In this document: positions 10,400-21,327 of the stretch, in pieces
Numbering within the stretch: position 1 is the stretch's first letter
Layout: the number at the start of each line of letters is the position of its first letter
Assembly (NCBI GenBank): GCA_965249485.1
Contig: OZ252239.1
Coordinates: forward strand, 416,001 to 480,000
Source: a bacterium
GTDB taxonomy: Bacteria > SM23-31
Direction: 5' to 3'
DNA length: 64,000 nt
Translations under genes and position numbers: made by a program
Notes under the pieces: model-generated
The model's database searches: none
What the model was told of the DNA's origin: nothing
The model's input: only the letters and a program-made list of their open reading frames with translations

Positions 10400-12043
10400 A
10401 TGTCAAATATAGATTTGATTATAATATCGCAGTCTGAGATTGTTAATTTTGAAAAATACTCAAGTCTGCCTGTTGACCGTATAGAGTTGTATAAGCAGCT
10501 CATATATCCGCGGATGCTCCATTACGGTGATGGGTTCAGGTCTCAGATGGATATGGTGAACTATTTTCAAGAGGGGACTTTTTATTCTGATGCTGATTAT
10601 GAACAAAGACGGCAGCTCTTAAATGTTTGGAACCTTCCGGGTTTTTCCGGTATGCATCTTGCCAATTATTTACTCAACTATGGAATAGAGACACGCTTAA
10701 TTAACTTTTTTGATTCCGAATGGGATTAGATCTGTGAAGCATATACGAATAGTGACCGTCCTCCATTAGTCGGAATATCGGGAACATTCTACCTTTCATA
10801 CTCCGAAGTCAGCCGGTTGTCCAAGCGTCTTAGAAAATTTGACCCCGATATGGAGATAGTCTTAGGCGGTGCATTTGCTAATGAAAGAATTATCACTACC
10901 GGTATGGAGGGTTTCGAAAAACCGATGCGCTCAAACAAGATCAATTATGTTTTGCACGGTTTTAATTCCGAAGCCGATTTAAGAGACCTGATATTAGCAA
11001 GAAAAAGTAATATGTCTCTTGATCAGGTAAAAAATTTAGCCTATATTGAGGATGGAAATTTTAAGGAAGGTGCATACAAACACACCTCAGTTCAATGGCA
11101 TAATCCAATATTAAACGGAGTGGATTTTAATTGGGATAAGCTGTATATGCCCTACATGAACCAGACTATTCAGATCCGTACTGCATCCGGATGTCCATTT
11201 ACGTGCTCATTTTGTTCTTATCCCGAAACAGCCGGCGGCAGTCAATTGATGGATCTTGACATGGTTGAGGAAAATATTAAGTCTGCTCTTCGTGTCCCTG
11301 GCGTGAATAAAATTATTTTTCTTGACGATACATTCAATGTTCCCAAACGGCGATTCAATGACATGCTTCGGATATTTTTGAAATATGATTTTGAATGGTT
11401 TTCATTTTTAAGAGTTCAATATGTTGATGATGAAATAGCGCGAATGATGCGGGACTCAGGATGTAAAGGCGTATATCTTGGAATGGAATCGTCAAACGAT
11501 ATAATCCTGAAGAATATGAACAAAAAAGCCACCCGAGAGAAATTTCTCAGGGGACAACAGTATCTGGCAAAATATAACATTGATAGTTTAGCTGCGTTTA
11601 TCATAGGATTTCCCGGTGAAACTGACGAGACTATTTTAGAGAATATCAAATTTATTGAAGATGAAGGAACACCGTTCTATACGTTAAAAGAGTTTTATTA
11701 TATGGAACATACACCGATCCATAAAGAGAGAGAAAAATTCGGCTTAACCGGTTCCGGCAGTGACTGGAAACATGATACAATGGACTACCAAACAGCCTAT
11801 GAGAAAAAAATTGAAATCTTCAGAAATATTAAAGGCAGTACGTTTATTGATCCTGATCTCAGCATGTGGTATGTTGCGTACCTCTATGACCAAAATTATT
11901 CTATAAATACTATCAAAGATTTTACTGACACACTCAATGATGTCATGCTTTATCAACTTGACAATAAAATCAATGACAAACATCCAGCTTTTGACAGACT
12001 GAAAAACATTTTAAAAACAGACGTTTATGAACATGTCGGATAA
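10400..12043 (+). pseudogene. B12-binding radical SAM enzyme (class B methyltransferase-like), one in-frame TAG at 10727-10729
   Basis: ORFs 10400..10729 and 10817..12043 share one frame, and the linker reads ICEAY...LVGISGTF. Motifs VLGGA, CPFTCSFC, DDTFN, LGMES, GFPGET. About 547 aa if read through. Confidence 0.85.
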
Positions 12044-13905
12044 GGATTGGACTGAGAGTGTCCGAAGCATTAAGGAGGCAATCAAAGCTGAACAATATCA
12101 GAAAGTATTTGTATCTTTGCAATCCATTTCCTCTTGTTCTGATGATTTTATAAAACAGGCGAAGTATTCATCGTTGTATTCTGCTATACCATTAGACGTC
12201 TTGGACCTCAAACCGTTACGTGTTGCAGTATTAGCAACAAGTACAGTCAGTCATTTCATCAACTCTCTTAAATTCTGGGTTGCACAAGAAGGATTTGCTG
12301 CTGAGATTTTTGAAACCGAATTTGATACCATTCATCAGACGATATTGAATCCCGAAAGTGAGTTGTATTCCTTCAATCCCGACCTCACCATATTATCTAC
12401 TAATTATCGTGATATTAAAATTAATAGTGAACCGGGAGCATCAGTAGATCGGATTAACGAGTGTGTTCAATCCGCTGTTGATGAATATGTATCCCTCTGG
12501 GAAGCGATAAAAAAACACTCAAGTAGTTACATTCTTCAGAATAATGCCGATCTGCCCGATATTCGTGTATTTGGCAATTATGATGGAAAATGTGAATTGG
12601 AGTCGGACTAATATGTTTCGGCTATTCAATCTTGAGTTAGCTCAAGCTGCTAATTCAGGTGTCACTATATTTGATCTCGATTATATTTCATCTTTTTTTG
12701 GTAAACATGAATGGCATGATAATCGATACTGGTACCATTCCAAACATGCTTTTTCATTAGATGCAACTGGATTGGTTGCGTTTGAATATGCGCGACTTAT
12801 CGGTGCTGTAAAAGGGGTATCGAAAAAATGTATTGTGCTCGATCTTGACAACACACTCTGGGGAGGTGTGATTGCTGATGATGGTATCGAAGGCATACTA
12901 CTCGGTGATACCGTTAACGGAGAAGCATTTGTTGATTTTCAAAAGTATCTGCTTGCGTTGAAAAACCGAGTAGTGATATTAACGGTTTGCAGTAAGAATG
13001 AAGAGAACAACGCCAAGAAGCCATTTTTGAAACATCCTGATATGGTGCTCAAACTTGACGATATCTCTGTCTTTATAGCAAATTGGAATGATAAAGCATC
13101 GAACATCAGAGAAATTGCCGAAATATTGAATATCGGTTTAGATTCACTTGTTTTTATCGATGACAATCCGGCTGAGCGTGCACTGGTCAATAGCTTTCTG
13201 CCAATGGTAGTTGCACCTGATTTACCTGAAGATCCAACTGAGTATATTCGGACTCTCGATACAGGACATTTTTTTGAGACTATTTCATTTTCCGATGAGG
13301 ATAGATCGCGGAGTGAATATTACCGGAACAATACGTCGAGAAAGACTCTTGAAAAGAAGTTTTCAAATTTATCGGATTTTTTAACAAACCTGAAGATGGT
13401 TGGCAGGGCTGGCAACTTTGACTCATTTAACCTTCCCCGAATTGTTCAGTTAATTAATAAAAGTAATCCATTTAATTTAACCACCATTCGCTATTCGGAG
13501 AATGATATCATTTCATTTATGAACGATAAAAATTATTTTGGTCGTTATTACTATTTAAATGATGTCTTTGGTGAAAACGGATTAATTTCTGTGGTGATTC
13601 TGGAAAAACAGCCGGATGATATTCTTTATATTGACACGTGGGTAATGAGCTGCCGTGTGTTATCGAGAGGTATGGAAGAATTTATCGCCGATGACATTAC
13701 TGCCATAGCTCAAGACTTAGGGTGTACAACCATTCGCGGTAAATATGTGCCAACGAAGAAAAATAATCTTGTAAAAGAATTATATAAGCGGTTGAATTAT
13801 AATCTCATATTGGAAAATGACGGCACGACTGAATGGGAATTGAATGTGGCTGACAACCAGCCATGCTACGACTTTTATATTGCTAAGGAAGAAATCAACT
13901 CGTAA
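12027..13905 (+). pseudogene. FkbH-like HAD-IIIC glyceryl-S-ACP synthase, +1 frameshift in the A run at 12587-12590
   Basis: DLDNTLWGG, CSKN, FIDDNPAE, MSCRV. Removing one A joins the N- and C-terminal ORFs into about 625 aa. May be a sequencing error. Confidence 0.9.
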
Positions 13906-13921
13906 TGATAAGGTGAGAAAC

Positions 13922-14170
13922 GTGAACTCGAGAGAAGAGAAGAAAAGCAGATTGAATGAAATTTTTCAGGAAGTCTTTGATGACGATGAAATTGAAATTT
14001 TCGAAGATATGACCGCGGAGGACATTGACGAGTGGGATTCATTGAATCATATTGTACTAATCGTTGCGATTGAAAAGCAGTTTGGTCTCAAACTTAATGC
14101 AGCAGAAGTAGGTAATCTTAAAAATGTCGGTGAGTTTTTGACCCTTCTTGATGAAAGAGCAACTTTATAA
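13922..14170 (+). CDS. Acyl carrier protein
   Basis: Acidic ~82 aa with WDSLNH phosphopantetheine site; GTG at 13922 after AAGGTGAG. Confidence 0.93.
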   Translation: MNSREEKKSRLNEIFQEVFDDDEIEIFEDMTAEDIDEWDSLNHIVLIVAIEKQFGLKLNAAEVGNLKNVGEFLTLLDERATL

Positions 14171-14191
14171 CTTAGCTGATACCTAATATAC

Positions 14192-15778
14192 ATGAACTTT
14201 ATCTCATTCCAATTTTTTCTATTTATTCTTGTTTCACTCTTTATTTTTCATGCACTTCACAAGAAAATAAACTCAAGATTTATATTTTTATCCATCAATA
14301 TTACATTTATTTATTATCACCTTGACTCTTTATGGAGTTTTCTTCCCTTTCTGGCTTTTTTTCTTGTCTGCTTTACATGTGTTAAGGTACTTGAGCATCT
14401 ACCGACACGAATTTCACTGGTATCAAGTCTTATATGTATCCTTGCACTCTTTTTATATCTAAAAAGATATTCAATAATATCATTCCTACCACTCATTGAA
14501 CGATCTTATTTGATTGTCGGACTCTCATATGTTCTTTTTCGTGTACTGCATCTATTGATTGACATATACGGCCGCGCGATTAAGGAGAAGATTTCTTTTT
14601 CGGCATTTACCAACTACACACTATTTTTTCTATCGTATATCTCAGGGCCTATTCAGCGATATGAAGATTTCACTTCTCAATTAGAAGGTATAAGTAAGAA
14701 GACACTATCGCATGATGATGTTTATCAAAGCTTTTCCAGATTGCTTTCCGGTTATATTAAGATCGGTATCATTTCTGTGTTAATGGAATCGATTTTTTCC
14801 TATTTCAGAGTAGGTATTGAAGTGGGTAATTTTTCGCTCATAAGTATTTCCTCTTATATGTGTGCTACATTCTTCTACACAATGTATCTCTATTATAATT
14901 TTGCAGGCTATATGGATATTGTGATAGGAATAGGGCAACTAATTGGAATTAACCTTCCGGAAAATTTTAATAAACCTTTTGGTGCAACGAATTTTCTGGA
15001 ATTCTGGTCAAGGTGGCATATCACACTTTCTGAGTGGTTTAAATTTTATTTGTTTAATCCCATTGTTAAAGCGCTTACTTCACGATGGACATACCCAGAA
15101 CTTTTCCCCTATTATGGAGTTTTTGCATATTTTATCACTTTTTTTATTATGGGTATCTGGCACGGTTCGACCTATTCTTTTCTGGTTTTTGGACTGTTTT
15201 TAGGCTTTGGTGTGAGCATCAATAAATTATATGATGTTGAGATTAGAAGAAAACTAGGAAAAAAGAAATACAACTCACTGAATAGCAGTACATTGTATCT
15301 CCGTATTACATCAGGGCTCACCGTGAGCTATTTTTGTATCAGTCTGACGTGCTTGTGGATGGGTGCGCTTGATACTTTATGGCTTTTTGTTTTTCTCGGA
15401 GGTCCGGTATTCTTTGTACTTGCATTTTTAGTAACAGTAAGCAAATATTTTTCTCATTTTATAAAAACAAAATTGAATCAGGTATCCGGAATTTTCTCGT
15501 TTACGAAGGATAAATTCTTGTGGAGGCAAAGGATTCTAACATTGAAGCACATTATCAAACAACTTTGTTATCTTGCTATTTTTACGTCATTGACCTATTT
15601 GATATTGTTGGGAACATCTTATATATTTTACCCTCCACTGCCTCAGAACATGCCAATGGACACGCTTAATTCAAAAGAAACAATTTGGAGTATTGATAGA
15701 CGGTATGTTCTTTTTAATCCTCTAGATGTTCAGTCAGATTCAAAAAACAACTTGTATTTTTTGGATCATCAAATGTAA
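14192..15778 (+). CDS. MBOAT-family O-acyltransferase (AlgI/DltB-like)
   Basis: SGPIQRY, FAGYMDI, LPENFNKPF, FWSRWHITLSEW, GIWHG; polytopic. Confidence 0.93.
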   Translation: MNFISFQFFLFILVSLFIFHALHKKINSRFIFLSINITFIYYHLDSLWSFLPFLAFFLVCFTCVKVLEHLPTRISLVSSLICILALFLYLKRYSIISFLPLIERSYLIVGLSYVLFRVLHLLIDIYGRAIKEKISFSAFTNYTLFFLSYISGPIQRYEDFTSQLEGISKKTLSHDDVYQSFSRLLSGYIKIGIISVLMESIFSYFRVGIEVGNFSLISISSYMCATFFYTMYLYYNFAGYMDIVIGIGQLIGINLPENFNKPFGATNFLEFWSRWHITLSEWFKFYLFNPIVKALTSRWTYPELFPYYGVFAYFITFFIMGIWHGSTYSFLVFGLFLGFGVSINKLYDVEIRRKLGKKKYNSLNSSTLYLRITSGLTVSYFCISLTCLWMGALDTLWLFVFLGGPVFFVLAFLVTVSKYFSHFIKTKLNQVSGIFSFTKDKFLWRQRILTLKHIIKQLCYLAIFTSLTYLILLGTSYIFYPPLPQNMPMDTLNSKETIWSIDRRYVLFNPLDVQSDSKNNLYFLDHQM

Positions 15779-16602
15779 AAGAGGGTTTCCGCCCATATGA
15801 CATTGAAGCTTTACTGCCTGACTATACTGTCCATAATATTGCATTTGGAGGGTGTTCAATAGTAGAAATGAGAGAACTCGCAGAGTTTATCGTTGATAAT
15901 TCTATCAATAACTCATTAGATAATACTATTTTTGTATTGGGTTTATATTACGGTTGTTTTCCGACGAGTTCACCACAAACACACTCAGTCTTTACCGATG
16001 AGAAATTGCGATATCGTTTGTATTCTAATCACAACGGAACCATCCAACCTTCATTTAGTAAAACATTTTTTCCTTTGGTTTCTACTCTTTTACGTCCTTT
16101 TATTTTCATTTCAAATCCGGTAAGGCTTTTGAATCTGGGGATCAATCAATCACGCACAGTTTATGAAACATTTTTCCGGGACTTCCATTTTGATTTAACA
16201 CCGTTGCAAAGAGTATTATTTCCTGAAAGTATTGATCCTATTGTAACACAAAAAGAAGCGCTTGATTATTACAAATTGCGCTTGCAACAACAGAAGGACG
16301 CTATACCGATAACATATTTTGAAGAGCTCTTGTCCACTTATCATATTTTGCACGGAGCAGGCGCACAGGTAATTATTGTTGAAGTCCCTCTACCATCATG
16401 GCATCAGGATGCATCAAGGCAATTCAAAGGGTATGAATTACAGAAAAAGTCTTATTATGATCAATTAAAAACATTTGGTACTCCTATATTTGATCTAAAA
16501 AATGATATGTCTGATTTACTATTTTTGGATGCAACACATCCCTTACCACAATATGCAAAGAAGTGGAGTGAACTACTGGCAAATTACTTGAATGAAAATT
16601 AA
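15542..16602 (+). pseudogene. SGNH/DltD-like extracytoplasmic acyltransferase domain, -1 frameshift in the A run at 15742-15747; in frame with the MBOAT upstream
   Basis: The alternative frame reads KQLVFFGSSNVKEGF...NIAFGG into ORF 15868..16602, which has a C-terminal DATH (DxxH). A TM helix starts at possible TTG 15542. Confidence 0.7.
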
Positions 16603-16629
16603 TATTTTATTATAAACTCCTGATATATT

Positions 16630-16716
16630 TACTCGGTGGGAATTGAAGAATTTATTCAGAAACCGTTCGGAATATAAAAGTTGCCCAATTCGAAAAGCGA
16701 AGTATTAAAGAAGTGA
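16630..16716 (+). pseudogene. Remnant of a response-regulator receiver C-terminus
   Basis: Translates YSVGIEEFIQKPFGI*KLPNSKSEVLKK*, with the G-x-x-x-F-I-x-K-P-F receiver motif. Confidence 0.5.
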
Positions 16717-16791
16717 ATTAAAGATTCATTGAGTTTTCAGCAAGTATCTCTTTCGCATTAAAAATGATCTCATAGAGATCGTGAAACTAAT

Positions 16792-17691
16792 TCACTTTTT
16801 TTGTCCTAATGCTATGAGTGAGCCGCCAACAGGCAAACCGAAATTAACAATTATTTTTCTTTCGATTGCCGCCAAGGCTTGAAATACAAAATTTGCGACC
16901 GGATTTATTGTGTTATTGAAATGAATTACTTCGTGTGCATCAGTTGAGAGATTATTTTTTCTCATATTCTCAAAAAGTTTCTGGACAAGAAGAAAAGGCA
17001 CGGTATAAGCGTTATAATAGGTAATCTTCAGAGGGGTATAGCCGGATTTCTCTAAACACAGTTTCAGCTGGTTTTTTGTATATCTCCTTTTGTGTCGCAA
17101 TACATTGTCTAAATTTCGACGGAGTATTTCGAATGCGGGAACCGTTACAAGAACATATCCATCGGATTTTAGTGATCTGTGAACTTCCTTTAAAACTTTC
17201 ACATCATCTTCGATATGTTCAATGATATCAAGAAGGGCCACAATACCAAAACGATCCTGAAACGGTAGCGCAAGAGCATTTACCCGATAAAGTGGTATAT
17301 CAAGATATTCGGAAACTATTTGAAGACTCTCAGGGAAAAGATCTCCGCCTCCCTGAACATATACTCCCTTTTTTTGCAGAAAATGCAAAAAGTATCCACA
17401 GCCACATCCTAATTCAAAAAATCCTTTTGAACTATAGTCAGGTATGTTTTTTTTGAGAAAAGAGTAAAGTAATAACCGTTTTGTTTTATGCCAAAAATGT
17501 TTCTTTTCAATGGAAATCAGATCTTTAAAATATGCACCTGTAAAATGATTATCTTTAAAAGAATCATCTTCTACAAATGAAGGGATTCCATCTATTACAG
17601 GATATTTCCTTAAGCATTGCGCACAGGAAAAAGCTTCCTGTTCATGAGTAAGTGCAATAGTGCAGTATGGGCAATAAAGATCTTCTGTCAT
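16792..17691 (-). CDS. Class I SAM methyltransferase with N-terminal Trm112-like zinc ribbon
   Basis: CPYC...CAQC...YPVIDGIP; ELGCGCG; DIIEHI; VTVPA; HKRRY. Confidence 0.88.
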   Translation of the reverse strand: MTEDLYCPYCTIALTHEQEAFSCAQCLRKYPVIDGIPSFVEDDSFKDNHFTGAYFKDLISIEKKHFWHKTKRLLLYSFLKKNIPDYSSKGFFELGCGCGYFLHFLQKKGVYVQGGGDLFPESLQIVSEYLDIPLYRVNALALPFQDRFGIVALLDIIEHIEDDVKVLKEVHRSLKSDGYVLVTVPAFEILRRNLDNVLRHKRRYTKNQLKLCLEKSGYTPLKITYYNAYTVPFLLVQKLFENMRKNNLSTDAHEVIHFNNTINPVANFVFQALAAIERKIIVNFGLPVGGSLIALGQKK

Positions 17692-17712
17692 ATTTATATC
17701 TAAACTGCTGTT

Positions 17713-19113
17713 TTAGATCTTCTGTTTTATAAATCGGGTTATAATCCCTTTTATACCCGAATTGAAAATCTCATCAAGGCATTGAATAAAGTAATCAACA
17801 TGTTCTTTTTGCAGTATTAACGGTGGAAGCAACCGCATAACGTTTCGATTGTATTCTGTGAAAGCAACAAGAACATTATATTTATTCAATAAAATACTCC
17901 CAACAAATCCGGTAATACTTCCTTTGAGCCGATCATCAAATTTTGATATCATTGCACGGAGCGGTGCAATGAGCGTGTCGCTGAGATCATGGTATTCCAG
18001 GCCAATCATTAAACCACGGCCACGAACATCTTTTATGATTTTTGGATATTTCGTTTTAAGATCGCTTAACTGCTCTAAGAAGTAAGCTCCAACTGTTTGA
18101 GCATTCTCAAGTAAATCTTCATCATAGAGCACATTAATTGCTTCAATTGCAGTAACACAGGCTTCTCCCAGTCCGCCGAATGTTGATGATGAATGAATAA
18201 ATGCATCTTTTGGTGAACCGTATGCTTTAACAAACACCGGAGATCTAGTAATAAATGTTGCCATAGCTGTTTTGCTCCCACCAAGGGATTTAGCAATTGC
18301 AACGATATCCGGTATGACATCATCATATTCAAATGCAAATATTTTTCCAGTCCTACCAAAGCCACATTGAATTTCATCAAGAACGAGAAGCGCTTCATGT
18401 TTGTCACACAACTCACGCACACGCTTCAGATATCCTTGTGGAGATACAACAATACCCGCACCACCCTGGATGGGTTCCAATACAACGCCTCCAATATCAG
18501 ACCGTTCAGTCAATATTTTTTCAATAGCATCCGCATCGCCGAACGGAACTGTCACACTTCCATCAAGTAAGTGAAAAGAACTACGTAAAAAATCCGAATC
18601 GGTTATCGATAAGGATCCTCTTGTTTTTCCATGAAATGAATTATTAGCATAAATAAATTTGTTTTTCGATGGACCCTGGTATTTTTCAACCATTTTCAAG
18701 GCCCCTTCCATTGCCTCAGAGCCTGAATTGCAGAGTAGTGAATAATTGAGATCCCCCGGGCAAATTGCAGCCAGGTTTTTTGAGAGAGCAGCGACATATT
18801 GCGAGTAGAAACCCATCCCGATTTCATGACGCTCTTCCGCCTGAAATTTACTTCGAATATCTAGAATTCGAGGATGGTTATGGCCAAGACCAACCGAACC
18901 AAATCCACCCATTAGGTCAAGAATCTTGTCCCCATTTTGGTCATAATAGTATACACCTGATGCTCGGAATATAATTCTTTTGTTAAATCCCAGTAACTTA
19001 AAGTATTTTACCTGACCGGGATTAATATTTTCAATGTAAATTTTTTCAATTTCTTTTTCATTGAGCTGGCTGATGTCTTGAACACTTAATAATTGTGGTT
19101 TAGTAGTACTCAT
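17713..19113 (-). CDS. Class III PLP aminotransferase
   Basis: GHNHP, NSGSEA, FHGKT, EPIQG, DEIQCGFGRTG, AKSLGG, RGRGLM. Confidence 0.92.
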   Translation of the reverse strand: MSTTKPQLLSVQDISQLNEKEIEKIYIENINPGQVKYFKLLGFNKRIIFRASGVYYYDQNGDKILDLMGGFGSVGLGHNHPRILDIRSKFQAEERHEIGMGFYSQYVAALSKNLAAICPGDLNYSLLCNSGSEAMEGALKMVEKYQGPSKNKFIYANNSFHGKTRGSLSITDSDFLRSSFHLLDGSVTVPFGDADAIEKILTERSDIGGVVLEPIQGGAGIVVSPQGYLKRVRELCDKHEALLVLDEIQCGFGRTGKIFAFEYDDVIPDIVAIAKSLGGSKTAMATFITRSPVFVKAYGSPKDAFIHSSSTFGGLGEACVTAIEAINVLYDEDLLENAQTVGAYFLEQLSDLKTKYPKIIKDVRGRGLMIGLEYHDLSDTLIAPLRAMISKFDDRLKGSITGFVGSILLNKYNVLVAFTEYNRNVMRLLPPLILQKEHVDYFIQCLDEIFNSGIKGIITRFIKQKI

Positions 19114-19320
19114 TTGATTTTTCTCCTTCCATTATCAGAATATTCAGCATGAGGAAATTTCTACTCTTATGATAATGTGAATGGATATTTTAACAAAATC
19201 TTAAATTAATTCCTAAGAAAAATTTTTATACTCGAAGAAAACACTTGCTCTATCAATGATATATAGGTAAGTTTTTGATTTTATTGACAATCTTTCTCTT
19301 TTGGCGAAGGCGACACTACA

Positions 19321-20322
19321 ATGACAAAGATAGCTATTGCTGGCGTGAGCGGATTTCTCGGCAGTCATATCGCAGAGAAATTAGCTTCTCACAATTTACA
19401 TACTGTTATTGGGTTGGTTCGAGCATCAAGCAAAAAAGACAATATTACAAGCAAAAATATTGAATTTCGGACCGTCGACTATTCACCGCAAAGTTCTCTC
19501 AAGGACCAGCTTGATGACATCGACATTATTATCAATTGCATAGCAATGCTTGGTGATTACGATCATATTCCAAAATCCCAACATTATGCTGTTGATACTG
19601 GTACTTTAGAGACACTCCTTACGAATGTGAATAAACAGACGTTGCAGCAGTTTATCCATATATCAACAACAGGGATTTATGGAGGTAAAAGTACCGATAA
19701 TCCCGTAAAAGAAGATGCACCGTTTGGTAAAAATGTTTCAAAATATGAATGGGGTAAAATTGAAGCAGAAAAAGTCGTCAGAAAGTATCGAATTGAACAT
19801 AATCTGCCCATAACTGTTGCAAGGCCGGGACCCGTTTTCGGCCCGAGAATGATTTATGGCTGGCCAAACTTAGTGAAGCGGCTCAAATCCGGCACATTCC
19901 GCATGATAGGCAAGGGAGATTCATGTTTCCATGTAACGTATGTTGATGATATTGTCAACGGTATAATTCAAATGATTGGAAATGAAAAAACATTTGATGA
20001 GGATTTTAATGTCTGTGGTAATGAAATTCCAACAATCAAAAAGTACTTTTCTCAAATAAGCAGTGAGCTCAATGGCCCTATTATAAAGAGTATACCTTAT
20101 TTACCTATATTGACTCTATCTCATATATTACAATTGGTTCCAAAGGCATTAAAACCCGGTGATATCAGCCTTTTATCTCCAGGGAGAGTCCGTTTTTTTG
20201 GTGAACACAGAATATTTGACAACTCTAAGCTCAAATCTTTTACTGGATTCCAACCGAAAATCAAACTTGAAGATGGGATAAAACAGACAATATCGTGGTA
20301 CCGGGAAAATGGTTATTTGTAA
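19321..20322 (+). CDS. NAD-dependent epimerase/dehydratase (extended SDR)
   Basis: GVSGFLG, IST, YEWGK (YxxxK), RPGPVFGP. Confidence 0.9.
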   Translation: MTKIAIAGVSGFLGSHIAEKLASHNLHTVIGLVRASSKKDNITSKNIEFRTVDYSPQSSLKDQLDDIDIIINCIAMLGDYDHIPKSQHYAVDTGTLETLLTNVNKQTLQQFIHISTTGIYGGKSTDNPVKEDAPFGKNVSKYEWGKIEAEKVVRKYRIEHNLPITVARPGPVFGPRMIYGWPNLVKRLKSGTFRMIGKGDSCFHVTYVDDIVNGIIQMIGNEKTFDEDFNVCGNEIPTIKKYFSQISSELNGPIIKSIPYLPILTLSHILQLVPKALKPGDISLLSPGRVRFFGEHRIFDNSKLKSFTGFQPKIKLEDGIKQTISWYRENGYL

Positions 20323-20358
20323 ATCTCAAACAATGTAATAGTAACATTGTGTTTTTTG

Positions 20359-21282
20359 CTAATACTCAACAGCCTCTTTCATCGTTACAAAATCAAAATC
20401 CCGTTTGAATCTGCTAAAAATTGTTTCGAACAATTCCACTTTTTCATCAATGCTCACATTGAGACACTTAGGTACATACCCCTTATTCACACCTTGATTT
20501 AAGATAGCTGAATCGAAGTCGTTATCTTTGTCGCATAGTTCAGCTAAATGAAGTGAAAAATTCACTAACTTTTGCGATGTGACCAATCGATAAAACAGAT
20601 CAAAATAGGATAGACCGTACTCAAACACCATGGTGCCGAAAAAAGGTAATCGGAGATAAGGTACAGTTGTTAAAGGATATTCTATTAAATCTTCAGAGCT
20701 GTTTCTATTTTTTTTGTTTATAGGATTATACAATTTCCGCGGAGCGAACATATTAGTAATAGAACCCATGGTAGAACGGCGGATTGGAGGCACATCTTTT
20801 GTTTTTGCGTAATGAAGACCCTTGGCTATAGGCATAATAAAAGTCGGGAAAACGGACGAATCATATTTATAGTTTCTTTCTTCAAGGATGTGTAATACCT
20901 TTTTGCTGACATTCCATCCCGGAGCTCTGAAACCGCAAACAGCAACTCCCGTTGTTTTCTTAATAATATCCTCAGCATTGCCAACTTCGCTTAAAATTTC
21001 ATCATGTGGTAATTTATGAAGACTTTGGATATGATTCATCGTATGATTTGCGACTTCATGATCTTCAGCAATAATTTCCCGGACTATCGCTATATTTCCT
21101 TCATCCTTCAGATCATTTCCTACAAGAAAAAACGTTGCTTTAATGTCAAATTTTTTAAAGAGCTTTAGGAATCTTTCCACGCCATTTCTAAAGGTCTTAT
21201 CCCTCCAATTCCGGTCAGCAATATCGGGAAACAGCGTACTTACAGTATCAACGTCAATTGTTATAGAGAGAAGTTTATCCAT
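20359..21282 (-). CDS. Polysaccharide deacetylase (CE4/NodB-like)
   Basis: TIDVD, KATFF, HEVANHTMNH, GFRAPGW, YDSS. Confidence 0.9.
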   Translation of the reverse strand: MDKLLSITIDVDTVSTLFPDIADRNWRDKTFRNGVERFLKLFKKFDIKATFFLVGNDLKDEGNIAIVREIIAEDHEVANHTMNHIQSLHKLPHDEILSEVGNAEDIIKKTTGVAVCGFRAPGWNVSKKVLHILEERNYKYDSSVFPTFIMPIAKGLHYAKTKDVPPIRRSTMGSITNMFAPRKLYNPINKKNRNSSEDLIEYPLTTVPYLRLPFFGTMVFEYGLSYFDLFYRLVTSQKLVNFSLHLAELCDKDNDFDSAILNQGVNKGYVPKCLNVSIDEKVELFETIFSRFKRDFDFVTMKEAVEY

Positions 21283-21327
21283 GAAATTGCACTATCATAT
21301 TTATGTGGACAAAAAAACACATTGAAA

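Noticed and set aside
10400..12043. Phosphonate (PhpK-like) or polyketide biosynthetic cluster
   Set aside because: No PEP mutase, ketosynthase or NRPS in the window; the MBOAT/SGNH context favours envelope acylation.
17713..21282. Hopanoid tailoring cluster (HpnO/HpnA-like)
   Set aside because: Only family-level resemblance, with no squalene-hopene cyclase or other hpn genes in the window.
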